The notes beneath the pieces were generated by a model. It searched no databases. It was not told the origin of the DNA and worked only from the letters and a program-made list of their open reading frames with translations. A stretch of 64,000 bases of DNA from Holosporaceae bacterium (GTDB lineage Bacteria > Pseudomonadota > Alphaproteobacteria > UBA3830). Both the position numbers and the translations under genes were made by a program. Shown here piece after piece: positions 22,708 to 31,895 of the stretch. The stretch lies in the NCBI GenBank assembly GCA_031288395.1, contig JAITRM010000029.1:31782-95781 (forward strand), given 5' to 3'. The stretch's first letter is position 1. Every line of letters starts with the position of its first letter.

Positions 22708-23757
22708 CTAGGAAACATGGTGAAATCCGAAGGTGCTTTTCCAGCGATCTCCAGATTCGAAATATTCTCTTAGATCTGGAACTCCATATTTGAGAGAGGT
22801 CAATCTCTCCACGCCGAAACCAAACGCTATTCCCTGATACTTTTCCGGATCTACGTTCCCATACCTAAGAACGTTGGGATGCACTACCCCGCAGCCGCAA
22901 ACTTCCAGCCATTTATCCCCGCGACCAAAGGCCATCTCCCCATTTTTAACCTCATAATTTAAGTCCACCTCCGCAGACGGTTCCGTAAATGGGAAAAAAC
23001 TCGGTCTCAACCTTATGCTGAGGTCCTTTGCGGCGAAAAACTTCTTCAAAAAATTCGTGATGAGCCATTTCAGGTGCGCAAATCCCACGTTCTTTTCCAC
23101 CATTATGCCTTCCACCTGAGTAAACATCGGAGTGTGAGTTGCGTCGCTGTCGCTTCGATAAACCCTGCCAATTGAGAAAAATCTGTAGGGCGGAGTATTG
23201 GCCAACATGCTGTGAATCTGAACGGGAGAAGTGTGCGTGCGCAGCAGATGTCGCCCCTTTTCATCGGACGGAGTATTAATGTAGAACGTATCGTGCATCG
23301 TTCTGGCCGGATGATGGTCCGGCATGTTCAATGCCGTGAAATTATAGTATTCATTTTCCAGATCCGGACCATCCGCGCAGACGAATCCATAGTAGGACAG
23401 TATATCGGCAATTTCCTCCGAAACTTTCGTCAGGGGATGTATTTTCCCGAAGGAGCGAGGTCGCGCCGGCGCAGAAACATCCACAAACTCGGAGCCAAGC
23501 TTTTTGTTGAGTTCTTTCAGTTCCAATCTCGAATATTTCAAATTCAACTGTCGGGTGATCTCATTCTTTACGGAGTTGATTTCCGCGCCCAGCTTGCGCT
23601 TATCTTCCTGGTCCAATCCCCGCAACTTATCCATTACCTGGGTGATTTTTCCGTTTTTGCCGAAGATGACATTTTTTATGGCCTCTATCTTTTTCAAACT
23701 GTCGCATTTTTCAATCTCGGACAAACAGCTTGCTAATAATTTCTCTGTCTCGGTCAT
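22708..23757 (-). CDS. pheS: Phenylalanine--tRNA ligase alpha subunit
   Basis: Class II aaRS motifs (HPARTMHDTFY, FRFFSIGRVYRSDS, GFGFGVERL). The likely start is MTETEKLL at 23757, with GAGG 6 nt upstream. The track ORF start at 23826 is an in-frame extension. Confidence 0.95.
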   Translation of the reverse strand: MTETEKLLASCLSEIEKCDSLKKIEAIKNVIFGKNGKITQVMDKLRGLDQEDKRKLGAEINSVKNEITRQLNLKYSRLELKELNKKLGSEFVDVSAPARPRSFGKIHPLTKVSEEIADILSYYGFVCADGPDLENEYYNFTALNMPDHHPARTMHDTFYINTPSDEKGRHLLRTHTSPVQIHSMLANTPPYRFFSIGRVYRSDSDATHTPMFTQVEGIMVEKNVGFAHLKWLITNFLKKFFAAKDLSIRLRPSFFPFTEPSAEVDLNYEVKNGEMAFGRGDKWLEVCGCGVVHPNVLRYGNVDPEKYQGIAFGFGVERLTSLKYGVPDLREYFESGDRWKSTFGFHHVS

Positions 23758-23945
23758 AATTGCCTCGCCCACAACAAGAACAAATCCGCCCGGAATATAG
23801 CAAATAACATCTGTGAAAAAAAGCATCTTCTTTGGCGAGCTCTTCGATCGGCTCCAGCAATCCTAGCGGTTTCGCGAGCAATAATCTGAATTGTCTTCCA
23901 AATCTGTCATATGCTAGAATCTCTCAGATTTTAGAGGAGTTTCCC

Positions 23946-25088
23946 GTGGCCATTCAGTCTAAGCATCTTAGCAATCTGGAGCCATGGCAGGATCCCAACG
24001 CTCAGCCCTACGTTTCCATAAAGAATTTAACCAAAACATTCAACGGGCTCGTCGCCGTGAACGACGTATCCCTTTCCATATATCGGGGAGAACTTTTTTC
24101 GATTCTGGGGCGATCCGGATGCGGAAAGACTACTCTGCTGCGAATGCTGGCGGGATTTGAGCCGCCTACGTCGGGAAAAATATTCATCGACGGCGTTGAT
24201 ATGACGGATACTCCAGCCTATAAGCGTCCCGTGAGTATGGTTTTCCAATCCTACGCTCTGTTTCCGCATATGACCGTGGAGCAAAACATTGCCTTCGGGT
24301 TAATTCAGGACGGTATGCCCAAGTCTGAGATAAGGGATAAGGTGAGCGCCTATCTGGAACTGGTGCAGATGGTCGGCTATGAAAGACGCAGGCCCGATCA
24401 GCTGTCCGGCGGGGAAAAGCAGCGCGTAGCTCTGGCCAGAAGTCTCGTAAAGCAGCCGAAGCTGGTTCTGTTGGACGAGCCGCTGGCGGCGTTGGATAAA
24501 AAATTGCGGGAACGCACCCAGCTGGAACTCGTGAACATACAGGAAAAAGTCGGGGCCACTTTCGTTATGGTTTCCCACGATCAAGAGGAAGCCATGACCA
24601 TGTCCACTCGCATTGGACTAATGAACGAGGGGCGCATTCTGCAAATCGGGAGCCCAACGGAAATTTACGAATATCCAAATTCGAAGTACGTGGCCAATTT
24701 CATCGGCTCCGTGAATCTATTCGACGGAATTATCATAGAAGAGCAATCCGATCACGTGATAGTGAAGTCTACGTCTATGGGAAAGAACCTCTACATCAGT
24801 CATTCGGCCTCCGTGCCGGTCGGAGCGCAAATTAGCGTGGCGATACGCCCGGAAAAAGTCATACTAACCACTGTGCAGCCCAAAGAAGACTACAATTGGA
24901 CCAAGGGCATCGTGAAGGATATCGTGTATCTGGGAGACGTCTCCATTTATTATGTGAAATTAGCCTCCGGAGTCATGGTTTTGGCGACGGTGGCGAACCT
25001 TGTCCGCGCGGCAGAGCGCCCCATTCAGTGGGAGGACGAAGTCTTCCTCTACTGGAAACCGGAAAATGGCATAGTTTTAGCCATATGA
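23946..25088 (+). CDS. potA: ABC transporter ATP-binding protein, spermidine/putrescine PotA-like (no permease or binding protein adjacent)
   Basis: Walker A GRSGCGKTT, Q-loop FQSYALFPHMTV, signature LSGGEKQRVALAR, Walker B LLDEP, and a C-terminal TOBE-like domain. The N-terminal PWQDPNAQPYVSIKNLTKTF is PotA-like. The start is GTG 23946 with GAGGAG 6 nt upstream. Confidence 0.8.
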   Translation: MAIQSKHLSNLEPWQDPNAQPYVSIKNLTKTFNGLVAVNDVSLSIYRGELFSILGRSGCGKTTLLRMLAGFEPPTSGKIFIDGVDMTDTPAYKRPVSMVFQSYALFPHMTVEQNIAFGLIQDGMPKSEIRDKVSAYLELVQMVGYERRRPDQLSGGEKQRVALARSLVKQPKLVLLDEPLAALDKKLRERTQLELVNIQEKVGATFVMVSHDQEEAMTMSTRIGLMNEGRILQIGSPTEIYEYPNSKYVANFIGSVNLFDGIIIEEQSDHVIVKSTSMGKNLYISHSASVPVGAQISVAIRPEKVILTTVQPKEDYNWTKGIVKDIVYLGDVSIYYVKLASGVMVLATVANLVRAAERPIQWEDEVFLYWKPENGIVLAI

Positions 25089-25162
25089 TGGATGAATATG
25101 GGGACTGTTGCCCTGGAAATACGACGGTGATACCATTGGAACAAGTTTGCGCCGGAGACCGC

Positions 25163-25882
25163 ATGGATCCTCTGCATCAGTTCGTCATATCTCCGATTTT
25201 CAGGATCAATGCCGGAACGGTTGATTTGTCGTTTACCAATTCGTCTCTTGCCGTTTTCGCTTCCGTTGCTCTGATATATGCTTTTTTCCGAATGGGGTTG
25301 AAAAGCAAAGACCTGATCCCGGACAGATTCCGGTCTCTGGTGGAAATGTCCTACGAGCTAATAGCCAATTTGATCAGCGTCAACGTAGGAGCCAAAGGAC
25401 ACAGATACTTTCCCTTTGTCTTTTCGATATTTATCTTCATTTTGGTCGGCAATTTGTTGGGAATGATCCCCTATATGTTTACGTTTACCAGCCACATAAT
25501 TGCGACCTTCACTTTGGCCATGGTGGTGTTTCTATTCGTGACTTTGCTGGGAATTTATCTGCATGGATTCAGGTTTTTCACGCTGTTTGCTCCGGCTGGG
25601 CTGCCGAAATTTCTTCTTCCTCTGCTGGTTCCCATAGAGATGATTTCCTATCTTTCGAGGCCCATTAGCTTGGCGGTCAGGCTTTTTGCCAATATGATGG
25701 CCGGACACACGATGATAAAAGTATTTGCTGGGTTCTCGGTCATGCTGGGAGCGTTGGGAATTGCGCCAGTCGCCATGAACGTAATTCTAACTGGCTTTGA
25801 GGCCGTTATAGCAATCCTGCAGGCCTATGTCTTTGCAATATTAACTTGTGTATATCTGAATGATGCAGTACATTTGCACTGA
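25163..25882 (+). CDS. atpB: F0F1 ATP synthase subunit a
   Basis: Starts MDPLHQFVISPIF and has the conserved LAVRLFANMMAGH motif. GGAGA lies 4 nt upstream of ATG 25163. The longer track ORF is an in-frame extension overlapping potA. Confidence 0.93.
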   Translation: MDPLHQFVISPIFRINAGTVDLSFTNSSLAVFASVALIYAFFRMGLKSKDLIPDRFRSLVEMSYELIANLISVNVGAKGHRYFPFVFSIFIFILVGNLLGMIPYMFTFTSHIIATFTLAMVVFLFVTLLGIYLHGFRFFTLFAPAGLPKFLLPLLVPIEMISYLSRPISLAVRLFANMMAGHTMIKVFAGFSVMLGALGIAPVAMNVILTGFEAVIAILQAYVFAILTCVYLNDAVHLH

Positions 25883-25906
25883 GTTTTGTTAGTAGGAGAT
25901 TCGATC

Positions 25907-26134
25907 ATGTCAACGGAAGCAGCTCGTATGATCGGCGCCGCCATTGCGGTGTTCGCATTGTTCGGAGTCGGCCTAGGAATGAGCTACATGTTTTCCAACT
26001 GGATCAACGCAGTGGCAAGAAATCCTGAGGCCGAGGATAAAGTTAGATTCATGGGCATGTTGGGTTTTGCCCTTACCGAGTCCATTGCCCTTTTCGCGCT
26101 TCTGGTCGCGCTATTGATTTTGTTCAAAAACTAG
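25907..26134 (+). CDS. atpE: F0F1 ATP synthase subunit c
   Basis: 75-aa hairpin proteolipid with the ARNPEA loop and the proton-binding Glu in LTESIALFALLVA. AGGAGA lies upstream of ATG 25907. Confidence 0.93.
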   Translation: MSTEAARMIGAAIAVFALFGVGLGMSYMFSNWINAVARNPEAEDKVRFMGMLGFALTESIALFALLVALLILFKN

Positions 26135-26145
26135 GGTGACAGCCA

Positions 26146-26595
26146 TTGCCTCAGCTGGACGCAGGAACCTTTCCATCTCAGATTTTTTGGATTTTGGCGG
26201 GTTTTTTGCTGGTTTATCTGTTTATTTCCCGAAAAGTTGCGCCGGAGATTGAGCAAACTCTTAGGGTTCGCGCCGATCATCTGAATGATTTATCCAAAAG
26301 GGCGCAGAGATTGAGATCCGAAGCCGAGAAATTGGAAAGCGGCTCCCGCATCGCGCTGGAAAATGCCCGTTTGAGCTTCAGCGCAAATGAATCGAAGCTT
26401 GTGTCCGTTTTCCAAGAACAAAGCAAAAGAGAAAAAACGGCGCTGGAAACCACATTCGCGCGCAAATCACAAAAGGAGCTGCAGATCCTCGCCGAGTCTT
26501 CATCCGTCGCCTTTGACGACGTGTGCCGCAATATCGATGGAATTTTAGAGTCGGCCTTGGGCAAGATTTCTGGCGTTCGAAAGGGTAAGTCATGA
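26146..26595 (+). CDS. atpF2: F0F1 ATP synthase subunit b'
   Basis: Starts MPQLDAGTFPSQIFWILAGFLLVYLF, the alphaproteobacterial b' signature, from a TTG start. It has a single TM helix followed by a long charged helix. Confidence 0.8.
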   Translation: MPQLDAGTFPSQIFWILAGFLLVYLFISRKVAPEIEQTLRVRADHLNDLSKRAQRLRSEAEKLESGSRIALENARLSFSANESKLVSVFQEQSKREKTALETTFARKSQKELQILAESSSVAFDDVCRNIDGILESALGKISGVRKGKS

Positions 26596-27059
26596 CGCTG
26601 GATCCAGAGCTATCTGTAATTGCGTCGTTCATCGGATTTTCCTGGATTTTTGCGAAAAAAGTTTATCCGCTTGTAACCAAGGCTCTTGATGCCCACATAG
26701 AAGCTGTAAAAAGAGAAATTCTGGAGGCTGAAACACTGAAAAACGAGGCCTCCGTCGCTCTAGAAAAGGCGCGCGCCGAAAAAAATGCCCTGGAAGACGT
26801 CATCGAAGAAAATCGTCGGATTTCGGAAAAAAAAATCAAACGGCTGCAGGCGGAACAGGAAGAATCCCTCAAATTGCTGAGGGAACGCCACGAAGCTCTA
26901 CTAAAAACTCAATTGGAAGCCGAGCTGGCAAAACAAAAAGATCAATTGATCAAAAAATTGTCAATTCTAATCAGGGAAAGGCTTTTGGAAAAAGTAAGCG
27001 CCGCCAATTACCGGTCTTCAACGTCTATAGCCGAGGAAGATTTAAAAAAGCTACTTTGA
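26592..27059 (+). CDS. atpF: F0F1 ATP synthase subunit b
   Basis: 155 aa with one N-terminal TM helix and a coiled-coil rich in E/K/A. It overlaps atpF' by ATGA, which gives the alphaproteobacterial atpB-E-F'-F order. Confidence 0.8.
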   Translation: MTLDPELSVIASFIGFSWIFAKKVYPLVTKALDAHIEAVKREILEAETLKNEASVALEKARAEKNALEDVIEENRRISEKKIKRLQAEQEESLKLLRERHEALLKTQLEAELAKQKDQLIKKLSILIRERLLEKVSAANYRSSTSIAEEDLKKLL

Positions 27060-27081
27060 ATTCAGCTTATGTGGTGGTGAT

Positions 27082-27807
27082 ATGACTAAAAAAATAGCAC
27101 TCGTAACCGGCGGGACCAGAGGCATCGGAGCCGGAATTTCCGTCGCTCTGAAAAACGCGGGCTATGCGGTGGCGGCAATTTATCAGAGCAACACCGCCGC
27201 CGCCGAAAAATTTTCCCAAGAAACTGGAATAGCGGTTTTTTCCTGGGATGTTTCCGATTATGAATCGTGCGCCGGAGGAGTGGAGAAAGTTTGCGCGAAT
27301 CTCGGCGGCCACGTTGATATCCTAATCAATAATGCCGGAATTACCAGAGATTCCATGCTGCATAAAATGACTCCGAAGGATTGGAACGACGTTGTCAATA
27401 CAAACTTGAATTCCGTCTTCAACATGTGCCGGTGCGTCGTTCCATCCATGAGAACCCGAGAGTTCGGCCGCATTGTAAACATCAGCTCCGTAAATGGCCT
27501 TAAAGGACAGATCGGCCAAACGAATTATTCCGCCGCCAAAGCCGGCGTACTCGGATTTACAAAAGCCCTGGCGCTGGAATCCGCTTCCAAAAATATTACG
27601 GTCAACGCCGTCGCTCCCGGATACATAGCGACGGACATGACAGACGTTCTGAAAGGTGATATAAGAGAAAAAATCGTCGCCGGAATTCCCGCAGGTAGAT
27701 TCGGGAAGGTGGACGAGGTTGCGGGCGCCGTTCTATTTCTGGCGAGCGAAGGCGCGTCTTTCATAACGGGAGCTGTGCTGAACGTAAACGGCGGACAATA
27801 TTTGTAG
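27082..27807 (+). CDS. phbB: Acetoacetyl-CoA reductase (SDR family, PhaB-like)
   Basis: It has TGGTRGIG, INNAGITRD and the long PhaB-type block GRIVNISSVNGLKGQIGQTNYSAAKAG...PGYIATDM. At 241 aa it is the typical PhaB size. Confidence 0.8.
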   Translation: MTKKIALVTGGTRGIGAGISVALKNAGYAVAAIYQSNTAAAEKFSQETGIAVFSWDVSDYESCAGGVEKVCANLGGHVDILINNAGITRDSMLHKMTPKDWNDVVNTNLNSVFNMCRCVVPSMRTREFGRIVNISSVNGLKGQIGQTNYSAAKAGVLGFTKALALESASKNITVNAVAPGYIATDMTDVLKGDIREKIVAGIPAGRFGKVDEVAGAVLFLASEGASFITGAVLNVNGGQYL

Positions 27808-27824
27808 GAATACGAGAAACAATC

Positions 27825-28286
27825 ATGGAAAAAGGTCGTTCGTTTGAAACTGTCGTGGGAACCATGGTTCTGGCTGTGGCAATCTTCTTTTTCCATTATG
27901 TCTACAGCAGATCCAGTTGGAAGGGAGTCGACGGCTACCAGCTGATGGCGAAATTCGACAGAGCGGACGGATTGTCCGAGGGAACTGACGTCAAAATCAG
28001 CGGCGTGAGAGTGGGAAAAGTATCAAGCTTGGAGCTGGATCCGTCTTCATTTTTTGCGGTAGTGAAGTTTTACGTATCAGAAAAAATCAAGCTTCCGAGC
28101 GACAGCAGCGCCAACGTGGCCAGCGAGGGTCTTTTCGGAGGAAAATACCTGGCGATTACACCCGGCGGCAGTAAAGAAATTCTTAAACCCGGAGATGAGA
28201 TCGAAAATACTTCCGGCCCATTGGATCTTGAATCCCTCCTGGGAAAGTTTATCTTCTCTTCTTCCGATTCAGGGAAGAAAGAATAG
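27825..28286 (+). CDS. mlaD: Outer-membrane lipid asymmetry maintenance protein MlaD (MCE domain)
   Basis: 153 aa with an N-terminal TM anchor (ETVVGTMVLAVAIFFF). The MCE domain shows in AKFDRADGLSEGTDVKISGVRVGKV...SEGLFGGKYLAITPGG. Confidence 0.8.
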   Translation: MEKGRSFETVVGTMVLAVAIFFFHYVYSRSSWKGVDGYQLMAKFDRADGLSEGTDVKISGVRVGKVSSLELDPSSFFAVVKFYVSEKIKLPSDSSANVASEGLFGGKYLAITPGGSKEILKPGDEIENTSGPLDLESLLGKFIFSSSDSGKKE

Positions 28287-28300
28287 GAAAGGCCTGATTT

Positions 28301-29521
28301 GTGAGTTTGTTTAATGGAAAGACTCTCCGGAAGGTTATCCTTAATCCCCTGGCGCAGTTGCTGTTTGTAATAGTCCTTGCTTCCAGCTTTTATTCCCAAT
28401 TGCCAGACGACGTCATTGAGTTTTTTCTAACCGTAAGCGTTTTTCTCAAGGAAATGCTCACTTTTGTCTTGCCGTTTTTGCTTTTTAGCTTCATTGCAGC
28501 GGCGTTATCGTCCATTCCGCGGGGCGGGATGCTCTTCGTGTTTGGGCTAATGGCAATGGTTTCCATATCTAATTTTCTGAACATTTTAATATCCGGAAGC
28601 GTAGGTTTCTTTCTGCTGTCCGGACTGAAAACCAGCGGATTGGAGGGAACTGGAGCTCTCTTTCAGCCGTATTTTGACATACGTTTCCCGCACATTGCGG
28701 AATCCACCACGGCCTTGCTGGCAGGAGTCGTTGTGGGCCTCGTCAATTCCATGTATCCCAATAAATATGCTACCGCGGCCGTGAAATTTATTCACAATTT
28801 GGTTCTAAAATTCATGAAAAAAATCTTTATCCCTCTGCTGCCGCTATTTGTCGGCGGTTTTTTGCTGAAGCTGTGCGCTGAAGGCAAAATGACCGGCTTT
28901 GTGGAGCATAATTTTCTCATCTGCGCCATGATGTGCGGATTTTTACTGTGCTATCTGACCCTATGGCTAATGATAGCGTCGTCTTTCAGACGGAAAGAAG
29001 TCGTTGGAATCATAAAAAATATTTTTCCGGCAATGGCAACGGCCTTCAGTTCCATGTCCAGCGCCGCAGCCCTGCCGCTATCTCTGGAAGCCGCCAGAAA
29101 AAATACCGGCGATAAAATTTTAGCGGACGCCGTAATGCCTTTGACCCTAAATTTTCACATGGTGGGCGATACCATATTGGTTCCGATTATGGCCATGCTG
29201 GTGATGCTGGCCTTCAATCATCCGCTGCCCACCATTCAGAATTTCATTATGTTTGGGATATTTTTCGTTTTGAACAAATTTGCCGGCGGCGGCGTGCCCA
29301 GCGGAACCATTGTGGTGACGATCCCGGTTTTGAAAGAATTCTTTGGATTTGACGACGGCATGGTGGCCTTTATCGTTGCTTTTTACGGAGTTATCGATCC
29401 GATAGCCACGGCCGGAAATGTCACCGCCAACAATCTTTTTGTCATAATTTTTCAAAAGATAAAGAATAAGGTGAAAATTCGATTTCGGAGGAACAATGGA
29501 AATGGAAAGCCTAGAGAGTAG
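28301..29521 (+). CDS. Dicarboxylate/amino acid:cation symporter family transporter
   Basis: 406-aa polytopic protein with DAACS-like blocks ([50 protein letters not shown]). Confidence 0.75.
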   Translation: MSLFNGKTLRKVILNPLAQLLFVIVLASSFYSQLPDDVIEFFLTVSVFLKEMLTFVLPFLLFSFIAAALSSIPRGGMLFVFGLMAMVSISNFLNILISGSVGFFLLSGLKTSGLEGTGALFQPYFDIRFPHIAESTTALLAGVVVGLVNSMYPNKYATAAVKFIHNLVLKFMKKIFIPLLPLFVGGFLLKLCAEGKMTGFVEHNFLICAMMCGFLLCYLTLWLMIASSFRRKEVVGIIKNIFPAMATAFSSMSSAAALPLSLEAARKNTGDKILADAVMPLTLNFHMVGDTILVPIMAMLVMLAFNHPLPTIQNFIMFGIFFVLNKFAGGGVPSGTIVVTIPVLKEFFGFDDGMVAFIVAFYGVIDPIATAGNVTANNLFVIIFQKIKNKVKIRFRRNNGNGKPRE

Positions 29522-30290
29522 GATTGAAAGACTTTGGAACAATCAACAGGAAGACGTTTCCTGCGTTTCTGAGGCGATGGAAAATCTGAATTGCGGAAAG
29601 CTGCGCGTGGCCAACAAAATAGACGGCCAATGGAAGACGAACGAGTACCTTAAGAAGGCGATTCTTCTATTTTTTAGGCACGCGAAATCCAAAATCATGC
29701 ACGGGAACGAATGTGAATTTTTCGATAAGGTTCCGCTAAAAACTAAAAATTGGAGCGAAGCTGACTTTATCGAAGCTGGATTTCGTGCAGTTCCGGGAAG
29801 TTTGGTCAGATACTCCGCCCACATCGCCAAATCGGTGGTCCTCATGCCGAGCTTCGTGAATGTCGGAGCCTACGTTGACGAAGGCACGATGGTGGACACC
29901 AACGCATTGGTGGGAAGCTGCGCCCAGATTGGGAAAAAATGTCATGTTTCCGACGGAGTGACCATCGGCGGGGTGTTGGAACCTCTGCAGGCGAATCCCG
30001 TCATAGTGGAGGATGGATGTTTCCTGGGAGTTCGCAGCTGCGTGACCGAAGGCGTCATCGTTGGCGAGGGCGCCGTCCTTGGGGCCGGCACCATTCTCAC
30101 TTCTTCCACAAAAATTTTGGATAGGGAGACAGGAGAGATTTCTTGCGGGAAAATTCCTCCATATTCGGTGGTGGTCCCGGGCACATACATTTCTGGAAAC
30201 GTAGGCCTATCATGCGCTGTGATAGTGAAGCACGTGGACGAAGGAACACGCCAAAAAACGTCGGTAAACGACATATTAAGGCTGCTGTGA
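29496..30290 (+). CDS. dapD: 2,3,4,5-tetrahydropyridine-2,6-dicarboxylate N-succinyltransferase
   Basis: [28 protein letters not shown] matches the DapD N-domain. It is followed by hexapeptide repeats ([42 protein letters not shown]). Confidence 0.92.
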   Translation: MEMESLESRIERLWNNQQEDVSCVSEAMENLNCGKLRVANKIDGQWKTNEYLKKAILLFFRHAKSKIMHGNECEFFDKVPLKTKNWSEADFIEAGFRAVPGSLVRYSAHIAKSVVLMPSFVNVGAYVDEGTMVDTNALVGSCAQIGKKCHVSDGVTIGGVLEPLQANPVIVEDGCFLGVRSCVTEGVIVGEGAVLGAGTILTSSTKILDRETGEISCGKIPPYSVVVPGTYISGNVGLSCAVIVKHVDEGTRQKTSVNDILRLL

Positions 30291-31414
30291 TGGACGTTGT
30301 TTCGCTGTGCTCGGATTTAATTAAATGCAAAAGCGTCACTCCGGCCGACGACGGCGCCCTTGAACATGTAACGTCTTTCCTGCGATCTCTTGGATTTGAA
30401 ACAACAGCCTTAACTTTTTCATCTCCGGACCGATCCAATTCGGTAAAAAATTTATTTGCAAAATACGGCAATTCTAAAGGAAAAATTTTGGGATTTTTGG
30501 GACATACGGACGTGACGCCTCCGGGAAACGGTTGGGAGGTGGATCCATTTGCGGCGCTTCAGAGAAGCGGATTTTTGATTGGTCGCGGCGCAGTGGACAT
30601 GAAAGGAGGAATCTCCGCTTTTTGCTGCGCGGTCCAGAAATTTATAGAGCAAAAATTTGACGGAACCATTGAATTTTTCATAACCGGAGACGAAGAAATC
30701 GGCTCCCCCGAAGGAATTCCATCGCTAATCAAGTGGATGGATGAAAATAAACATACGCCGGACGATTGTTTGGTTGGAGAGGCGTCGTCCCGCGAAAATC
30801 TGGGAGATAGAATTTTTCTCGGTCACCGCGGCAGCATGAACGTCACGATAAAATCCAGCGGAAAGCAAGGACATTCCGCCTATCCTGAGAATTACGAAAA
30901 CTCTCTCTCCAAGCTGTGCAGATATATTGCGAAAATGATGGATTACGCATGGAAGCACGAGGACAAGAGATTTCCTCCAACCAATCTGGAGCCGACGCTG
31001 CTGTTCACCAATAACTACGCTGTCAATGTTGTGCCGGACGAATCCTCCGCCAACCTAAACGTTCGCTTCGGCAGCGATTATGATTTCGATAGCCTGAAGC
31101 AGATCCTGCTGGAGGAGGCAAAAGAGTTTGGACTTTCTCTGGAGTTCCATCTGAGCGGAGAATCCTACTATTGCGACAATGAAGAACTCAAAAGCCTACT
31201 ATCGCTGGCCATAGGGGAAACCGTCGGCATCGATCCGGCATTTTCAGCAGCCGGCGGCACGTCGGATGGCCGTCATATGATAAGACATTGTAACGTAATC
31301 GAATTTGGGCCACTGGATACCACCATGCACCAAAAGAATGAAAGAATAAAAATATCCGATTTACAAAAACTTGAAGAAATATATTTGACGTTTCTACAAA
31401 AATATTTTGCATGA
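30290..31414 (+). CDS. dapE: Succinyl-diaminopimelate desuccinylase
   Basis: M20 peptidase motifs (GHTDVTPPG, GRGAVDMKGG, ITGDEEIG). The start [18 protein letters not shown] at 30290 overlaps the dapD stop (TGATG). The track ORF start at 30143 is an in-frame extension. Confidence 0.92.
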   Translation: MDVVSLCSDLIKCKSVTPADDGALEHVTSFLRSLGFETTALTFSSPDRSNSVKNLFAKYGNSKGKILGFLGHTDVTPPGNGWEVDPFAALQRSGFLIGRGAVDMKGGISAFCCAVQKFIEQKFDGTIEFFITGDEEIGSPEGIPSLIKWMDENKHTPDDCLVGEASSRENLGDRIFLGHRGSMNVTIKSSGKQGHSAYPENYENSLSKLCRYIAKMMDYAWKHEDKRFPPTNLEPTLLFTNNYAVNVVPDESSANLNVRFGSDYDFDSLKQILLEEAKEFGLSLEFHLSGESYYCDNEELKSLLSLAIGETVGIDPAFSAAGGTSDGRHMIRHCNVIEFGPLDTTMHQKNERIKISDLQKLEEIYLTFLQKYFA

Positions 31415-31848
31415 TTAGGGAGATTTCAGAAGAAGACGCCGAATCATTGGCGAAAATTCATCGGCGCTGTTTTGGGAAAGGATGGAGTGAAGAAAGTTTC
31501 CGTAGCATGCTGTTTCAAAAGTGTTTTGCCGGCTTGGCTGAAGAAGATGAAACGGTCATTCGCGGATTTATCCTGGCGCAAGTCGTTATTGATGAAGCAG
31601 AGATTGTCACTTTCTGCGTCTTACCGGAATTTCGCGGCCGAGGCGTAGGGAAATCTCTTCTGGCCGAATTAATGAAGCGCTTTGCGAAGGGTCACGTGAA
31701 AAAAGTATTTTTGGAGGTGGCTGAAGATAATGATGAAGCAATCGGATTATACAAATCAATGGGTTACGAAGAAATGCGTCGGCGACAGAATTATTACCGC
31801 ACAAAACGCGAAACAAAGAACGCCGCCGTGTTGGCCAAAAATCTATGA
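31411..31848 (+). CDS. rimI: Ribosomal-protein-alanine N-acetyltransferase (GNAT)
   Basis: 145 aa with a GNAT acetyl-CoA motif (VLPEFRGRGVGKSLL) and FLEVAEDNDEAIGLYKSMGY, which is RimI-like. It overlaps dapE by ATGA. Confidence 0.8.
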   Translation: MIREISEEDAESLAKIHRRCFGKGWSEESFRSMLFQKCFAGLAEEDETVIRGFILAQVVIDEAEIVTFCVLPEFRGRGVGKSLLAELMKRFAKGHVKKVFLEVAEDNDEAIGLYKSMGYEEMRRRQNYYRTKRETKNAAVLAKNL

Positions 31849-31895
31849 AAAGGAGATGGGTGGGAACTCATTGAATCGCCTCCGCTCTCGAGATT

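Noticed and set aside
23758-23826. Long N-terminal extensions in several track ORFs (pheS, potA, atpB, dapE, rsmI, LpoA-like, murJ), considered as possible unusual N-terminal domains or frameshift fusions.
   Set aside because: In each case an internal start with an RBS reproduces the conserved family N-terminus. The extensions are just in-frame read-back to the previous stop.
31688-31703. parS-like half site AGGGTCACGTGAAAAA inside rimI, and other CACGTG cores (about 24750, 30225, 47405, 54885).
   Set aside because: Only the central TCACGTGA, or less, matches. The TGTT/AACA arms that define parS are missing.
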